Assembly (NCBI GenBank): GCA_041650755.1
Contig: JBAZKN010000003.1
Coordinates: forward strand, 86,466 to 150,465
Source of the DNA: Patescibacteria group bacterium
GTDB taxonomy: Bacteria; Patescibacteriota; Patescibacteriia; UBA1558; GWA2-36-10
Length of the DNA: 64,000 nucleotides
Direction: 5' to 3'
Of this stretch, positions 30,280 through 42,693 are shown piece by piece. Within the stretch, counting starts at the first letter, position 1. The number at the start of each line of letters is the position of its first letter. The position numbers and the translations under genes are program-made. A model generated the notes under the pieces. The model searched no databases. It was not told the origin of the DNA and saw only the letters and a program-made list of their open reading frames with translations.

Positions 30280-32583
30280 CTAACTCAACTCTTCTTTATT
30301 TTTTTCTTCTATTTCCTCACCCAGCTCATTATCTAACTCCTCGTCAGCATTAGATCCTGTTTCATTTATATCTAAGGCTGAGGAAAAATTCTCTTCCAGG
30401 TCTGCCTGGTTGACCAAAACCTCGCGCGGCTTTGAACCGCGATCTGGCCCGACCACTCCCATTTGCTCCAAAATATCCAGCAAACGAGCGGCTCTAGCAT
30501 AGCCTACGCGCAAACGGCGCTGCAATAAAGTAGCCGATGCCTTGCCTGCCTTGATCACCTCTTCTTTGGCGGCTTCAGTTAAACTATCCTCATAGCCGTC
30601 ATTGCCGCCCACAATACTCACTCCACCAACCTTGTCAGTCACGCTAGAATTGTATTCCGGCTCAGCTTGTGTCTTGAGATAATTGACTACATCATTAATC
30701 TCTTCGTCGGTGACATAAGCGCCCTGAATGCGCTTTACTTTTGACGATTCGGCGGTCATAAATAGCATATCTCCTTTACCCAATAATTTATCAGCCCCGC
30801 TAGTATCAATAATTGTCCTGGAGTCCATGGCTGAAGCAACCGCGAAAGCAATGCGCGAAGTGATGTTGGCCTTAATCAGACCAGTAATCACATCCACTGA
30901 TGGCCGTTGGGTAGCCAATATCAAATGAATACCGGCGGCCCTACCCAATTGAGCCAAGCTCACCACGGCAGCTTCCACTTCTTTGGCGGCCAAAGACATC
31001 AGGGCGGCAAACTCATCAACTATAACCACAATATACGGCAGACGATTGACTATCACTGCTTTATTATAGCTATCTATATTGCGCTTATTAGCTGCTTGCA
31101 ATAATTTATAACGCTCATGCATTTCTTTGACCACCCAGCGCAAAGCATTAATAATTTTATCAGTGTCATTTATAACTGGGGTCAACAAATGGGGGACATC
31201 ATTATAGGCTGAGAGTTCTACGCGTTTTGGATCTATTAAAATGAATTTTAGGTCATCGGGGGAATTTTGATAAATTAAACTTAAAATAATATTATTGATG
31301 CAAATAGATTTACCGGAGCCAGTGGCGCCAGCGATCAAAAGATGCGGCATGTTGACTAAGTTAGCCATAATAGCGCTGCCGGCCACATCCTTGCCCAAAG
31401 CAATATAAAGATTACTCTTACGTTTGGCGTAAACGCTGCTCTCTAAAACATCCCGTAGCTTGACTGTGGAAATACTTTGATTTGGCACCTCAATGCCCAC
31501 CAATGACTTACCCGGTATGGGAGCTTCCATACGAATGGGGTGCGCAGCTAAAGCTAGGGCTAAATCATTCTGCAGAGTCAAAACTTGGGCCAAGCGAACA
31601 CCTTCGGCTGGACGTAAAGTATATTGTGTGACTGTCGGGCCCACACTAACCTCGCCCATAGTAACCTCAATCCCAAAATTTTCAAAAGTTTTTTTGATCT
31701 TCTGCATATTGGACTGAATATCACCAGAGTCTGGCTTGGTGTTGGAAAAAGTCAAAAGGTCTATCGGTACAATTATTTTTTTCCGGACGGTTTTTTTGGG
31801 AGCAAGCTGGGCATCTGGCTCCTCTGGAACACCGCTAGACGCATCTTTTTCTTCAGTAATGGTCTCTTCTGAAGCGGTTTGGCCAAGCAGTATTTCGTCA
31901 GGCAAAAATTCTTCTTCCTCCTCCGGATCTGGCTGTTCATCACTGGCTGGCAAAATCTTTTCTTTTAATAAACCTAGCGCCTTAGCTCTTTCATTTATAT
32001 CTCTAAAAGAAGTATTGAAGGCCAAAAAGAATCCAATTAAAAATACCGCTAATAAAACCAGTAGCGCCCCCCAAAAACCCAAGCCCCTATCCAAACCATA
32101 ACCAATTGCCCAGCCCAAGGCACCACCGCCATCGCCGGCACTGGTAATTTCCTGAAAAGTGAAATCACTAACCAAAAAATTGCTCAAACCGGTAACCGCC
32201 AAGATAACTAAAAATAGCCCGAGATAACTAGACCATTTGACTCGATAGGTGTGGCTCTTTATCAAAAAATAGCCAACTACTAAAAGAACAACGATGAATA
32301 GCCAGTCGGCCCAACCAAATAAATACCCCAGACCAAAACCCAAATAATTACCGGCCGGGCCAGCCAAATTAAATAATGACAAAATACACAAAAAGGCCAC
32401 TAAAAATACCAAAATAGTAATTATTGCTCCTTTGGTGTCTGGACTTAAATTAAAGCCCTGGGCTTCGTCGCTTTCTATGGCTATTTTTTGTTTAGTTTTT
32501 CTCGACATATCTAGATTTTTTAGCTTAAATCCAGTTAATTTTAACACACTTGTAAATAAAAATAAACACAAAAACGGCCCCAA
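30280..32583 (-). CDS. ftsK: DNA translocase FtsK/SpoIIIE
   Basis: 767 aa with N-terminal TM helices, an acidic linker and the motor domain with Walker A GATGSGKSICINNIIL. The true start may instead be the internal Met at 32508 (MSRKTKQK). Confidence 0.85.
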   Translation of the reverse strand: MGPFLCLFLFTSVLKLTGFKLKNLDMSRKTKQKIAIESDEAQGFNLSPDTKGAIITILVFLVAFLCILSLFNLAGPAGNYLGFGLGYLFGWADWLFIVVLLVVGYFLIKSHTYRVKWSSYLGLFLVILAVTGLSNFLVSDFTFQEITSAGDGGGALGWAIGYGLDRGLGFWGALLVLLAVFLIGFFLAFNTSFRDINERAKALGLLKEKILPASDEQPDPEEEEEFLPDEILLGQTASEETITEEKDASSGVPEEPDAQLAPKKTVRKKIIVPIDLLTFSNTKPDSGDIQSNMQKIKKTFENFGIEVTMGEVSVGPTVTQYTLRPAEGVRLAQVLTLQNDLALALAAHPIRMEAPIPGKSLVGIEVPNQSISTVKLRDVLESSVYAKRKSNLYIALGKDVAGSAIMANLVNMPHLLIAGATGSGKSICINNIILSLIYQNSPDDLKFILIDPKRVELSAYNDVPHLLTPVINDTDKIINALRWVVKEMHERYKLLQAANKRNIDSYNKAVIVNRLPYIVVIVDEFAALMSLAAKEVEAAVVSLAQLGRAAGIHLILATQRPSVDVITGLIKANITSRIAFAVASAMDSRTIIDTSGADKLLGKGDMLFMTAESSKVKRIQGAYVTDEEINDVVNYLKTQAEPEYNSSVTDKVGGVSIVGGNDGYEDSLTEAAKEEVIKAGKASATLLQRRLRVGYARAARLLDILEQMGVVGPDRGSKPREVLVNQADLEENFSSALDINETGSNADEELDNELGEEIEEKNKEELS

Positions 32584-32600
32584 AAAGAGGAGGCCGTTTT
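32555..32600 (-). terminator. Intrinsic terminator downstream of rpoC
   Basis: A 9-bp stem (aaaacggcc / ggccgtttt) is followed on the minus strand by a T-rich tract. Confidence 0.55.
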
Positions 32601-32610
32601 CTCAAAAAAC

Positions 32611-35600
32611 TTAATTTCTCTCACCAAAACCAGTGCCGGCAGGTATTTTGCGACCAATGATCACATTTTCCTTTAGCCCTTTCAGGTGGTCTACTCTACC
32701 AGTAATAGCTGCGTCTATTAATACTCTGGCTGTTTCCTGGAAAGAAGCGGCCGACAGAAAAGAATCTGAAGTCAGGGCCGCTTTGGTAATACCCAAAAGC
32801 ATTACCTCGCCTTTAGCTGCTTGACCCTTGACCTTATTGTTAGCCTCTTTGAATTGAGTAATGGTCACCACCTCGCCAGGCAAAAGATCGGTATCACCAA
32901 CCTCTTTTATCAGAATTCTTGAGAACATCTGTTTGACTATCAATTCAACGTGTTTATCATTTAGATTCTGGCCCTGCGAAGAATAGATGTGTTTTATTTC
33001 TTTGATGATATATTTTTGCACAGCTAGCTGGCCTTGCAAATTATATAATTCATGCAAATCAATGCTCCCCTCGGTCAACGTCTGACCCTCGACCACCAAA
33101 TCCTTGTCTCGAACCCAGAGGGTATAGCCGGCCGGGATAACTGCTTCCTGAATTTCATCTTTGTGGCTGATCACCTGTAATTGATCGTTGGTAATTTTGA
33201 TCACACCATTGAACCCAGCTCTAATTTCTTCTTCCTCATTGATAAACAACAGTTGGTCCTTAGTTATTTCTTGACCATCTTTCACTTTTAGCTCCAGGCC
33301 TTTTTCCAAATCATATTTAGCGACCCTTGAGCCTTGAGGCTGTATCTTTACTATGCGATTATCCTTGCTGATTAGTTTGTTATCGTCCTGCAGTACGGCT
33401 ATGCCGGTGACCGGAGACAAAATAGCTGGCTTCTTTGGTGGACGTGATTCAAACAATTCCTCTACCCGCGGTAAACCTTGGGTGATATCACCCTCGGCCA
33501 CACCGCCAGTATGAAACGTGCGCATAGTCAGCTGTGTGCCCGGCTCGCCGATACTCTGGGCAGCCACAATGCCCACGGCTGTGCCTATCTCTACTAATTT
33601 ATTATAACCCAAGTCATACCCATAGCACTTGCGACAGACGCCTCTGATTGCCTGACAAGTGAGCACTGAACGGATTCTAACTTCCTCGGGGTTAGCTTTA
33701 ATAATGTGTTCGGCCAATTCTTTGGTCACTAGGGTTCCTTTTTTAATCAGGGTCTTTTTGGTCTTTGCGTCTTTGATGTCTTCAGCCAAAACTCTGCCAA
33801 TAATTCTCTCCTGGATTGGCTCATTGAGGGCTTTGCTTTCTTCGCGAGTAATCACTAGGCCCTTGGTGTCATGACAATCTTCTTCAAGCACCACCACATC
33901 TTGAGAAACATCTACTAGGCGGCGCGTCAAATATCCGGCACTAGCTGTACGTAAGGCAGTATCAGATAAGCCTTTGCGGGTGCCGTGAGTAGAAATAAAA
34001 TATTCCAAAACATCTAGGCCCTCTTGAAAACTAGCCTTCACCGGTAACTCAATCACATCGCCTGCCGGGTTAATCACCATGCCTTTTAGACCCATAATCT
34101 GAACCATCTGGGAAAAAGAGCCCCTGGCACCAGAGTTAATAATTCCGGCAATAGAATTTTCTGGGTTAAGCAAGTTTTTACACTGCTCGCTGATGCGGTT
34201 CTTGATGTCGTTCCAAACTTCAATGACCTTGATATACCTTTCTCGATTGGTCAACAAACCATTGTTGTATTGATCCTTGATTTCCTCAACTTTGGTTTCG
34301 CCTTCCTTGATCAGGGCATTTTTACTGGTCAATTTTGGTATGTCGTCCATGCCCCAGGAAAGGCCAGAAGAGGTGATATATTTAAACGCCAAATCTTTAA
34401 TATCATCCAAAAGCTTGACTGTGCTTTCGTGTGAGAGGCGACGAAAAGCCTCAGCCACAATATTCTTCATACCCTTCTTATCTAGGGTGTAATTCACGTA
34501 CTCTATCTCCTCCGGCAATATTTTATTAAATAATATGCGACCAACTGAGGTTTCAAGCAACTGATTGTCTAGTTTCTTAATCCTAACTTTAATTAAATCC
34601 TGTATACCCACCAGGCCCAAGACAAAAGCTTTTTCTGCTTCGTCTTCATCAGAAAAAAACTTGCTGGCCTTAGCTTCCGGTTTAATATAAGTCAAATAGT
34701 AGCCGCCCCAGACAATATCCTGACTGGGGATGGCAACTGGATCACCGGTAGCCGGCTTCAGTAGATTATTGGCTGACAACATGATATTGGCTGCCTCTTG
34801 CTTGGCTTCCTCAGTCAAAGGAACGTGAACAGCCATTTGATCGCCATCAAAGTCAGCATTAAAAGCAATACAAACCAATGGATGCAGCTGAATAGCCTTA
34901 CCCTCTATTAAGACCGGTTGGAAAGCTTGGATGCCTAAACGGTGCAGGGTAGGAGCACGATTTAGTAATACATGGGCTCCTTTGATAATATCTTCCAAAA
35001 TGGCCCAAACTTCTGATTGACCAGATTCGATGTAGCGGTTAGCCGAACGCACATTGTGCACCAGCTCTGCTTTTATCAATTTGGATATTACGATTGGCCT
35101 AAAAAGCTCAAGGGCCATTGTCTTTGGCAAGCCACATTGATAAATCTTGAGATGCGGACCGACTACGATTACTGAACGGCCAGAATAGTCTACGCGCTTA
35201 CCTAAAAGATTCTGACGAAAACGTCCCTGCTTACCTTTGAGCATGTCGGCGATGCTCTTTAACATCCTCTTCTGCCCAGTAGAGGCGGTGACGGTCTTGC
35301 CGTGGCGAGCATTATTATCTATCAAGGCATCAACTGCTTCTTGCAACATGCGTTTTTCGTTGCGCTGAATCACCTCTGGGGCATTTAACTCTTTGAGACG
35401 CTTGAGACGATTATTGCGATTTATCACCCGGCGATATAAATCATTAAGGTCAGATGAGGCAAATCGACCACCATCCAACTGAACCATCGGCCGCAGGTCT
35501 GGCGGGATGACTGGTATGGCGCTCATGATCATCCATTCTGGTCTAATCTTATTTATAATCAAGCTCTTAATCAGGCGGGCGCGACGAATCAATTTTTTGG

Positions 35601-36498
35601 TCTTAGAGGGGATGGCGGTAGTAATTTCTTTTTCCAATTTATCAAGCAAATCTTCTAGGCTTATGCGGTGTAAAAGTTGGCGAATGGCCTCGGCGCCAAT
35701 ACCGGCTTCAAATACATGACCATAGCGCAAAGACAGCTCTTGATATTTATTTTCTGAAACGATTTGTAGTTCGTGCAACTCTTTGAGGTCACGCATAGCA
35801 ATATCAGCCGCCTCTTCCAAGGTCTTTATCTTATCAATCTTAGCTACATTGAGCGCCAATAATTCCTGCTCTGATTTTTTATCAACCTTGTCCTTGGATT
35901 CACCGTCGGCCAGCATCTTGGTCTTGCGTCGATTAATTTCCTGCGAACGCTGATTAAATTCATTGTCTATCTGTTTGCGCTTACTTTTTAATTCACTTTT
36001 GATAAGCTCAATTGTCTCTTGGCGAGCTTTTTCATCAATGTGAGTAATAATAAAAGAAGCAAAATATATCACCTTTTCTAGGGACTGGATGCTAAGGTCC
36101 AAAACTAAACCTATCTTTGAAGGAATGCCGCGTAAAAACCAAATATGAGAAACTGGGGCCGCCAAATCAATGTGGCCCATGCGTTCACGTCTTACCACTG
36201 CCCTGGTTACCTCTACGCCACACTTATCGCAAATAATACCCTTATAACGAATCCGTTTATATTTACCACAATAACATTCCCAGTCTTTAGTCGGACCAAA
36301 TATCTTTTCACAAAACAGGCCGTCCTTTTCTGGCTTTTGTGTGCGGTAATTAATGGTTTCTGGCTTCAAAACTTCACCGTGCGACCAGGCGTGGATATCG
36401 TCCGGCGATGCTAAACGTAATTTAATAGCATCAAATTCTAGCACCGTATTTTTGTCTGCGGCCACAAAAGTTGTTTTGGCTGATGATGGAGTTGACAT
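32611..36498 (-). CDS. rpoC: DNA-directed RNA polymerase subunit beta-prime
   Basis: 1295 aa with zinc-finger cysteines ([20 protein letters not shown]), the catalytic NADFDGDQM motif and trigger-loop regions. Confidence 0.95.
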   Translation of the reverse strand: MSTPSSAKTTFVAADKNTVLEFDAIKLRLASPDDIHAWSHGEVLKPETINYRTQKPEKDGLFCEKIFGPTKDWECYCGKYKRIRYKGIICDKCGVEVTRAVVRRERMGHIDLAAPVSHIWFLRGIPSKIGLVLDLSIQSLEKVIYFASFIITHIDEKARQETIELIKSELKSKRKQIDNEFNQRSQEINRRKTKMLADGESKDKVDKKSEQELLALNVAKIDKIKTLEEAADIAMRDLKELHELQIVSENKYQELSLRYGHVFEAGIGAEAIRQLLHRISLEDLLDKLEKEITTAIPSKTKKLIRRARLIKSLIINKIRPEWMIMSAIPVIPPDLRPMVQLDGGRFASSDLNDLYRRVINRNNRLKRLKELNAPEVIQRNEKRMLQEAVDALIDNNARHGKTVTASTGQKRMLKSIADMLKGKQGRFRQNLLGKRVDYSGRSVIVVGPHLKIYQCGLPKTMALELFRPIVISKLIKAELVHNVRSANRYIESGQSEVWAILEDIIKGAHVLLNRAPTLHRLGIQAFQPVLIEGKAIQLHPLVCIAFNADFDGDQMAVHVPLTEEAKQEAANIMLSANNLLKPATGDPVAIPSQDIVWGGYYLTYIKPEAKASKFFSDEDEAEKAFVLGLVGIQDLIKVRIKKLDNQLLETSVGRILFNKILPEEIEYVNYTLDKKGMKNIVAEAFRRLSHESTVKLLDDIKDLAFKYITSSGLSWGMDDIPKLTSKNALIKEGETKVEEIKDQYNNGLLTNRERYIKVIEVWNDIKNRISEQCKNLLNPENSIAGIINSGARGSFSQMVQIMGLKGMVINPAGDVIELPVKASFQEGLDVLEYFISTHGTRKGLSDTALRTASAGYLTRRLVDVSQDVVVLEEDCHDTKGLVITREESKALNEPIQERIIGRVLAEDIKDAKTKKTLIKKGTLVTKELAEHIIKANPEEVRIRSVLTCQAIRGVCRKCYGYDLGYNKLVEIGTAVGIVAAQSIGEPGTQLTMRTFHTGGVAEGDITQGLPRVEELFESRPPKKPAILSPVTGIAVLQDDNKLISKDNRIVKIQPQGSRVAKYDLEKGLELKVKDGQEITKDQLLFINEEEEIRAGFNGVIKITNDQLQVISHKDEIQEAVIPAGYTLWVRDKDLVVEGQTLTEGSIDLHELYNLQGQLAVQKYIIKEIKHIYSSQGQNLNDKHVELIVKQMFSRILIKEVGDTDLLPGEVVTITQFKEANNKVKGQAAKGEVMLLGITKAALTSDSFLSAASFQETARVLIDAAITGRVDHLKGLKENVIIGRKIPAGTGFGERN

Positions 36499-36521
36499 AT
36501 TATTTAAATTTATATTTTTTA

Positions 36522-39500
36522 TTATTCACCAACGGCATCACTCTCGACCGACACACCAGATCCATCATTGATGACAGGAGCTGCCTCCTCCAGAATCTCT
36601 CTAGTCTCGGAACTGACATCCTCAATTTTTCTCTCTCGCTGGCCAATCAGCTCCACTTCTAGGCCTAAGCCTTTTAGTTCGCGCACCAAGACGTTAAATG
36701 ATTCGGGTATATTCAAACGATTAATTGGCTCGCCCTTGATGATTGACTCATAGGCCTTGGAGCGGCCCGGCACATCATCAGATTTTATGGTCAACATTTC
36801 CTGCAGGGTGTTGGCGGCACCATAAGCCTCCAAAGCCCAGACCTCCATTTCACCAAATCTCTGGCCGCCAAATTGAGCCTTACCGCCGAGTGGCTGCTGA
36901 GTGACCAATGAATATGGTCCAATGGACCGTTGATGGATTTTATCCTCTACCAAGTGGTTGAGTTTTAACATATAGGCTACGCCAACAGTGGTTTTGTTTA
37001 CAAAGGCTTCACCTGTGCGACCATCATAAAGTTGTAGTTTGCCACCTTCTGGCCAACCGGCCTTATTGAGTTCTTGCCTAATGATTTCTTCTGGCACGCC
37101 ATTAAGGGCTGGACAGGCCACCTTATACCCAAGGGTTTTGGCGGCTAGGCCCAAATGGGTTTCAAGCAGCTGCCCCAGATTCATGCGGGAAATAACGCCC
37201 AGAGGATTCAAAATAATATCAACTGGCGTACCGTCGGCTAAAAATGGCATATCTGACTCTGGCACAACTCTGGAAATAACGCCCTTGTTCCCATGACGGC
37301 CGGCCATCTTGTCGCCAACTTGTATTTTGCGTAATTGGGCAATAGTGATCTGTATAGTTTTAATAACGCCGGCTGGCAATTTATCACCCTTGTCTCGAGA
37401 AAATATTTTGATATCAATTACTTTGCCGCGTTCACCGTGTTTTAAATATAGAGAAGTGTCTCTTACATCCTTGGCTTTTTCGCCAAAAATAGCGCGCAAC
37501 AATTTTTCTTCAGCTGATAATTCTGTTTCACCTTTGGGGGTAATCTTACCGACCAAAATATCACCAGAAGAAACATTGGCACCGATGCGCACTATACCCT
37601 CTCTGTCTAAATCTTTTAGTTTTTCTTCACTAACATTTGGTATGTCACGAGTAATGACTTCTGGGCCCAGTTTGGTGTCCCGAACATCAATAGAATAATC
37701 CTCAATGCTAATAGATGTATAAAAATCTGATTTGACTACGCGCTCAGAAATTAAAATAGCGTCTTCATAGTTACCACCATCCCAGGTCATGTAGGCAACC
37801 AGTACATTACGACCCAGAGCTAATTCTCCTTGATCAGTAGCCGCGCCATCGGCAATCGCCTGGCCCCGCTTCACCTTGTCACCCTTATTGACGATCGGGT
37901 GTTGGTTCATGCTGGTAGAAGTATTTGAGCGAGCAAATTTATTTAGATAATAAGCGGTAGATACACTGTCTTTATTGGTCACCTCGATGCGACGACTATC
38001 TACATAAGTAATTTCACCGTCTTCCTTGGCAACCACCACTTGGCCAGAATCAATAGCAGCCTTGGCCTCTACGCCAGTGCCCACCAAGGGTGCCTCTGGT
38101 TTAATCAAGGACACTGCTTGGCGCTGCATATTTGTACCCATCAAAGCGCGCACTGCGTCATCGTGTTCCAAGAATGGTATCAAGGATGTAGCAATGCTAA
38201 TAATCTGATTCGGTGCCACATCCAAGAGATCTATCTTTTCCACTTGGTCGTAAGTGGGGTTACCCTTGACCCTGATTTCTGCGTGGCTATCAACAAAATA
38301 TCCATTTTCATCAATTGGCGTAGTGGCTGCGGCGGTGTTAAACCTTTCCTCTTCAAAAGCGTCCAAATATGCCACCTCATTAGTAACCAATGGCTTAATA
38401 GGAATATTAATAATTTTTTTGTAGTGAGCTAGCTCTTTGGCCTTGGAGGCGGTGATGGTCTCACCGGCCTTTACTATGGTTTGGTGACTATCTGAATCAA
38501 CAATATCTGCTCTGGCAATTTTTCCTTCAGTAATTTTTGGGTCATTGCCGATATCATGCAAAACGCGCCTAAACGGTGTCTCAATAAAACCAAAGTCGTT
38601 CACTCTGGCATAAGAAGCTAGGTGACCCACCAAACCAATGTTTGGACCTTCGGGGGTAGCAATCGGGCAGATGCGCCCATAGTGAGTGCGATGCACATCG
38701 CGCACTTCAAAGCCAGCCCGCTCGCGAGACAAGCCGCCCGGCCCCATGGCTGACAAACGGCGCTTGTGTTCTAGCTCGGCCAAAGGATTGACCTGATCCA
38801 TAAACTGAGACAGCTGTGAGCTCATAAAAAATTCCTTGATCACGCCGATCACTGGTCTGGCATTAATCAGCTGATTGGGCGTCAGATTATTTATGTCCAA
38901 GGTGCTCATTCTGTCTTTGACAATGCGCTCCATGCGAGCCAAGCCTATTCTAAAACGACCCTGCACCAATTCACCAATAGCTCTCACCCGACGATTGCCC
39001 AAATGATCAATATCGTCTGCCTCCTCTTGACTGAGATTTAAACGAATTATCTCCTTAATAACGAGAACCAAATCCTCTATGCGCAAAACCCTGGTCTCTT
39101 TGTTGTTTGGCAAAGATAAGCCGAAGCGGGCATTTATTTTGTATCTACCCACTCTACCAAAATCATAGCGGTCAAAGTCGAAAAACATTGAGTGTATTAG
39201 GCTGCGCGCATTATCTGTGGTAGCTAGGTCACCCGGACGGATGCGCCGATAAACTTCGCGCAAACCCTCAGCCTCGTCGTGGGAAATATCTTTTTCTAAC
39301 GTGCTCTTGATGAATCTTACTTCTGGGTGGATATCAACATCAGCAAAAAGTTGTAAAATTTCTTCATTGTTTGGTTTGCCCAAGGCGCGCAAAAGGGCAG
39401 TGACCGCCACTTTGCGTTTACGATCAATTTTTACTGAGATAACATTGTTGCTATCGGTCTCGATCTCTAGCCAAGCGCCTCGGTTAGGAATTATTTTGGC

Positions 39501-39965
39501 ACCATAATATCTGCGGGCTCTAAGAATATTTGAGGTGAAAAATACGCCGGCGCTACGAATTAATTGAGAAACCACCACCCTCTCTACGCCATTAACAATG
39601 AAGGTGCCCCGTTCGGTCATCAGCGGGAAGTCGCCTAAATATATTTCTTGCTCTTTAATTTCATTGGTGCGCTTGTTGACCAAGCGAACATTCACGCGCA
39701 AAGGGGCTTCAAAGGTGAGGTTTTTGGCTTTAGCGGTTACTTCATCAAACTTTGGTTCGTCCAAATAATAATCCAAAAAATACAACTCTAAATCACGACC
39801 AATAAAATCCTTGATCGGGGAAATCTCCTCAAACAATTCCTTGAGACCTTCGGTAAAAAACCAGTTATAGGACTTCTTCTGGACTTCTACCAAGTCGGTC
39901 AAAGGAATAGCTTCTCGTGAAGAGGTGAAGTACTTACGAGAAGCAGTGATCTTGGCTTGGGGCAT
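36522..39965 (-). CDS. rpoB: DNA-directed RNA polymerase subunit beta
   Basis: 1147 aa with conserved RpoB blocks ([33 protein letters not shown]). It lies immediately upstream of rpoC. Confidence 0.95.
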   Translation of the reverse strand: MPQAKITASRKYFTSSREAIPLTDLVEVQKKSYNWFFTEGLKELFEEISPIKDFIGRDLELYFLDYYLDEPKFDEVTAKAKNLTFEAPLRVNVRLVNKRTNEIKEQEIYLGDFPLMTERGTFIVNGVERVVVSQLIRSAGVFFTSNILRARRYYGAKIIPNRGAWLEIETDSNNVISVKIDRKRKVAVTALLRALGKPNNEEILQLFADVDIHPEVRFIKSTLEKDISHDEAEGLREVYRRIRPGDLATTDNARSLIHSMFFDFDRYDFGRVGRYKINARFGLSLPNNKETRVLRIEDLVLVIKEIIRLNLSQEEADDIDHLGNRRVRAIGELVQGRFRIGLARMERIVKDRMSTLDINNLTPNQLINARPVIGVIKEFFMSSQLSQFMDQVNPLAELEHKRRLSAMGPGGLSRERAGFEVRDVHRTHYGRICPIATPEGPNIGLVGHLASYARVNDFGFIETPFRRVLHDIGNDPKITEGKIARADIVDSDSHQTIVKAGETITASKAKELAHYKKIINIPIKPLVTNEVAYLDAFEEERFNTAAATTPIDENGYFVDSHAEIRVKGNPTYDQVEKIDLLDVAPNQIISIATSLIPFLEHDDAVRALMGTNMQRQAVSLIKPEAPLVGTGVEAKAAIDSGQVVVAKEDGEITYVDSRRIEVTNKDSVSTAYYLNKFARSNTSTSMNQHPIVNKGDKVKRGQAIADGAATDQGELALGRNVLVAYMTWDGGNYEDAILISERVVKSDFYTSISIEDYSIDVRDTKLGPEVITRDIPNVSEEKLKDLDREGIVRIGANVSSGDILVGKITPKGETELSAEEKLLRAIFGEKAKDVRDTSLYLKHGERGKVIDIKIFSRDKGDKLPAGVIKTIQITIAQLRKIQVGDKMAGRHGNKGVISRVVPESDMPFLADGTPVDIILNPLGVISRMNLGQLLETHLGLAAKTLGYKVACPALNGVPEEIIRQELNKAGWPEGGKLQLYDGRTGEAFVNKTTVGVAYMLKLNHLVEDKIHQRSIGPYSLVTQQPLGGKAQFGGQRFGEMEVWALEAYGAANTLQEMLTIKSDDVPGRSKAYESIIKGEPINRLNIPESFNVLVRELKGLGLEVELIGQRERKIEDVSSETREILEEAAPVINDGSGVSVESDAVGE

Positions 39966-40379
39966 AAATTTTGCTAATTATTTGTTAATTAGCCGCGCGA
40001 GCACTAGCGACAAAAATTGACGGCGCAAAAAAATAACTCACCCGCCTGGTATGGGGTCAGTCTTTATGTTTTTTAGACTAAATTATATTAGTCTGCAAAA
40101 AATGCATGACTGTATGCTACCAGAATAAGTTGCGTCTGTCAAGGATTTTAGCACCAAATAGCCAAAATTAGGTAAAAAAATATTTTTTTTACCTAATATT
40201 AGCAAAAAAATAAAGATGTATATATAAAAAAATTTGTCAAATACTTTTGTTTTTTTGCTAAAATATGCACAAAAATCATGGTTTATATACAAGTTATCCA
40301 CAATACAAATCCAAATATAAATAATAGGCCCGCCCAATTAAGTTTATATTGATCGATATTTTAACCAAATTTTGGCTAA
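39966..40379 (-). promoter_or_regulatory. AT-rich upstream region of the rpoB-rpoC operon (promoter/leader)
   Basis: About 400 nt of highly AT-rich non-coding sequence with multiple TTGACA/TATAAT-like hexamers. The ORF-track ORF at 40083-40337 looks spurious here. Confidence 0.4.
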
Positions 40380-41678
40380 TTATAGCAACTTATTTAATTC
40401 TTCTCTGACTACTACCCTGTCATCCCACGGTAGCTTCTTGCTGTTAGCTACACAAATAAACTGTTCGGCTCCTTTGCCGGTAATAAGCACCAGATCATCC
40501 TTTTTGGCTAAAGTAAGCGCTTTTTTGATAGCTGCTCGCCTGTCTGATATTTTAAACAGGTTTGCCCCCAAAACCTTGCCCGCCTCTATTGATCCCTGAG
40601 CAACATTGGCAATAATCGCCTCTGGGTCGTCATCATATGGGTCTTCATTGGTCACAACTACCAGATCAGCGGTTTGACCAGCCATCTTACCTAAAATGGG
40701 CTGGCGAGCCTTGTCTCTGCCTCCCCCGCAAGATCCGATAACATGAATTAGCCTTTTGTGTTTAACATCTTTTAGCGCTGAATATAATTGCTCAAGACTA
40801 GCTGGCTCTGGTGCATAATCTATCAAAACATTAAAATCCTGCCCGGCAGTAATCCATTCCTGCCTGCCCGGCACGCCTCGCAACTGTGCATCCGCTACCC
40901 TGGCCAAATCAAAACCCAAAATTTTTACCACGCCAAGACTGGCTAAAATATTATAAACATTAAACCGGCCCAAAAAATTGGTTTTTATTTTTTGACCATC
41001 TACAAAAAAACTTAAATGGCCGGTGGATAAATCTATCCGCTCAGCCATCAGGTCGGCTGGCTTGTCTAGGCTATAAGTGAAAAATCTATCCACGGGAAAT
41101 TTCTTTAAAATCTCTGTCTCTTGATCGTCGCCATTGCTGACAATTGCCTTGTCAATCAGGCGTCCACCAATTTTTTTATTTCGCGACCCACTTAAGTGGG
41201 CAAATAATTTTTCTTTGGCTGCTTTATAATTTTCCCAGCCGCCATGCGCTTCGATGTGCTCTGGTGTAAGGTTGGTAAACACCACCACATCATAATTTAT
41301 ACCAATGTGTCTATATTGATCTATGCCTTGTGACGATGTTTCGATCACTGCGTAGCGACATCCGTTTTTTACGGCTTCTCGCAAAAACTTCTGTGTCTGA
41401 AAGCGACCCAACATGGTCATCTTTTTATTATTAAGCCGCTCATTACTACCCACCTTAAAACTGGCTGTTGATACCGACCCAACCTTTTGGCCTAGGGCTT
41501 CCAAATATTGAGCAATAAAACTCACTGTGGTGGTTTTTCCGTTGGTACCGGTCACACCAATCACTATCAATTTATTGCTGGGGAAAAAATAATACAAAGC
41601 TGCCAGCCTAGCTAGCGACCAATGATAAAAATATAGGAGTTTTTTTGGTACTAATTTTTTTATAATTCTTTTAAACAT
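40380..41678 (-). CDS. Mur ligase family protein (MurE-like UDP-N-acetylmuramoyl-peptide ligase)
   Basis: The P-loop is VIGVTGTNGKTTT. The ETSSQGID...RH segment and the NLTPEHIEAHGGWENYKAAKEKLF segment match the Mur ligase central domain. The start is placed at the internal Met to avoid a 74-nt overlap with the upstream gene. Confidence 0.65.
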   Translation of the reverse strand: MFKRIIKKLVPKKLLYFYHWSLARLAALYYFFPSNKLIVIGVTGTNGKTTTVSFIAQYLEALGQKVGSVSTASFKVGSNERLNNKKMTMLGRFQTQKFLREAVKNGCRYAVIETSSQGIDQYRHIGINYDVVVFTNLTPEHIEAHGGWENYKAAKEKLFAHLSGSRNKKIGGRLIDKAIVSNGDDQETEILKKFPVDRFFTYSLDKPADLMAERIDLSTGHLSFFVDGQKIKTNFLGRFNVYNILASLGVVKILGFDLARVADAQLRGVPGRQEWITAGQDFNVLIDYAPEPASLEQLYSALKDVKHKRLIHVIGSCGGGRDKARQPILGKMAGQTADLVVVTNEDPYDDDPEAIIANVAQGSIEAGKVLGANLFKISDRRAAIKKALTLAKKDDLVLITGKGAEQFICVANSKKLPWDDRVVVREELNKLL

Positions 41679-41682
41679 AATA

Positions 41683-42690
41683 CTATCTAAAAAATCTTCT
41701 GGCCTTCCGCAAATAAGCATAAAATTTATACCAACTGTGGTCGTAAACAAAATCATAGGTGCCGGCTGAATATACGCGCCTACCAGAAAATCCTTGCTTG
41801 AACCTGGTCACGCCCTGCCAGCCTGGTTTTGAACCATCTTCTGGCGCTATGCCCCACCAATCATAGGTTTTATATCCCTGATCGCGATATCTTTTTATGC
41901 TCTCCCAATGCAAAAGCTGTGGCGCCATTAGACTCCTATTCTGATAATCAGAGGCACCATGCAAGTAGGTGGCTGTTTGGCCGAATTTTATTAAAAAATT
42001 AGCCGCCACCACTTGATTACCGGCATAAGCCAGGGCCAGTTCGCCAGAATTATCCGCTAATAACACTGACCATAGTTGATGATAATATTCGCCGGAGTGC
42101 AAGCCAATATGGTTTCGCTTGGCCGTCTTTTTTAGTAGCGACAAAAAAACCTCAAGGTCTTTTTCTGTCTGGCTAAAAACTATTCTGACGCCCTTTCTTT
42201 TGGCTAAGGCTATATTGTATCTGGTTTTAGGGTGGCTTTGCCTCAGCAAAGCTTCGTTGTCTAAATCTAAATTGGTACACCAGGTCTCGCGAGGCTGAAT
42301 ATCAATAGCTCGCCACGTGTTTTCTAGCTCAATTTTGGCTTGAGGTTCAAGGCGAAAAAATATTTCTTGGTATTGCCGCGTTTCAATTGTAATATCCCTC
42401 ACGCTAGACAATAGTAGTTTGGTGCCAATTAGAATTTCATCGGCTGCCAGATCATTTGCCCAAATTGGTCCTTTGGGCGCATAGAGATAGCTCTTGCCCA
42501 AGCCCAGCTTGGTTTCGTACAAAAGACAGCGACCAATTATTCTGCTCTTGGATTCTAGATTTAATGTCCAATTTTTTTTGCCTTGCCTATCCAAAAATTT
42601 TTGCCAAAGACTGCTTTGCAAAAAGGCGCCGGATGCGCCGGATTTTTCTAACCACTGATCTTGGTTTTTAGAATCCAAAAATACCCTCAT
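41683..42690 (-). CDS. FemAB-family peptidyltransferase-like protein (putative peptidoglycan peptide-branch aminoacyltransferase)
   Basis: 335 aa. The size and composition are consistent with the FemX/FemAB GNAT-like family. It sits adjacent to a Mur ligase gene. The assignment is by general similarity only. Confidence 0.45.
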   Translation of the reverse strand: MRVFLDSKNQDQWLEKSGASGAFLQSSLWQKFLDRQGKKNWTLNLESKSRIIGRCLLYETKLGLGKSYLYAPKGPIWANDLAADEILIGTKLLLSSVRDITIETRQYQEIFFRLEPQAKIELENTWRAIDIQPRETWCTNLDLDNEALLRQSHPKTRYNIALAKRKGVRIVFSQTEKDLEVFLSLLKKTAKRNHIGLHSGEYYHQLWSVLLADNSGELALAYAGNQVVAANFLIKFGQTATYLHGASDYQNRSLMAPQLLHWESIKRYRDQGYKTYDWWGIAPEDGSKPGWQGVTRFKQGFSGRRVYSAGTYDFVYDHSWYKFYAYLRKARRFFR

Positions 42691-42693
42691 AAA

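Noticed and set aside
40083-40337. 84-aa ORF in the rpoB upstream region
   Set aside because: It lies in an extremely AT-rich non-coding promoter/leader region. It has an Ile/Phe/Tyr-rich translation typical of AT-rich noise and no RBS.
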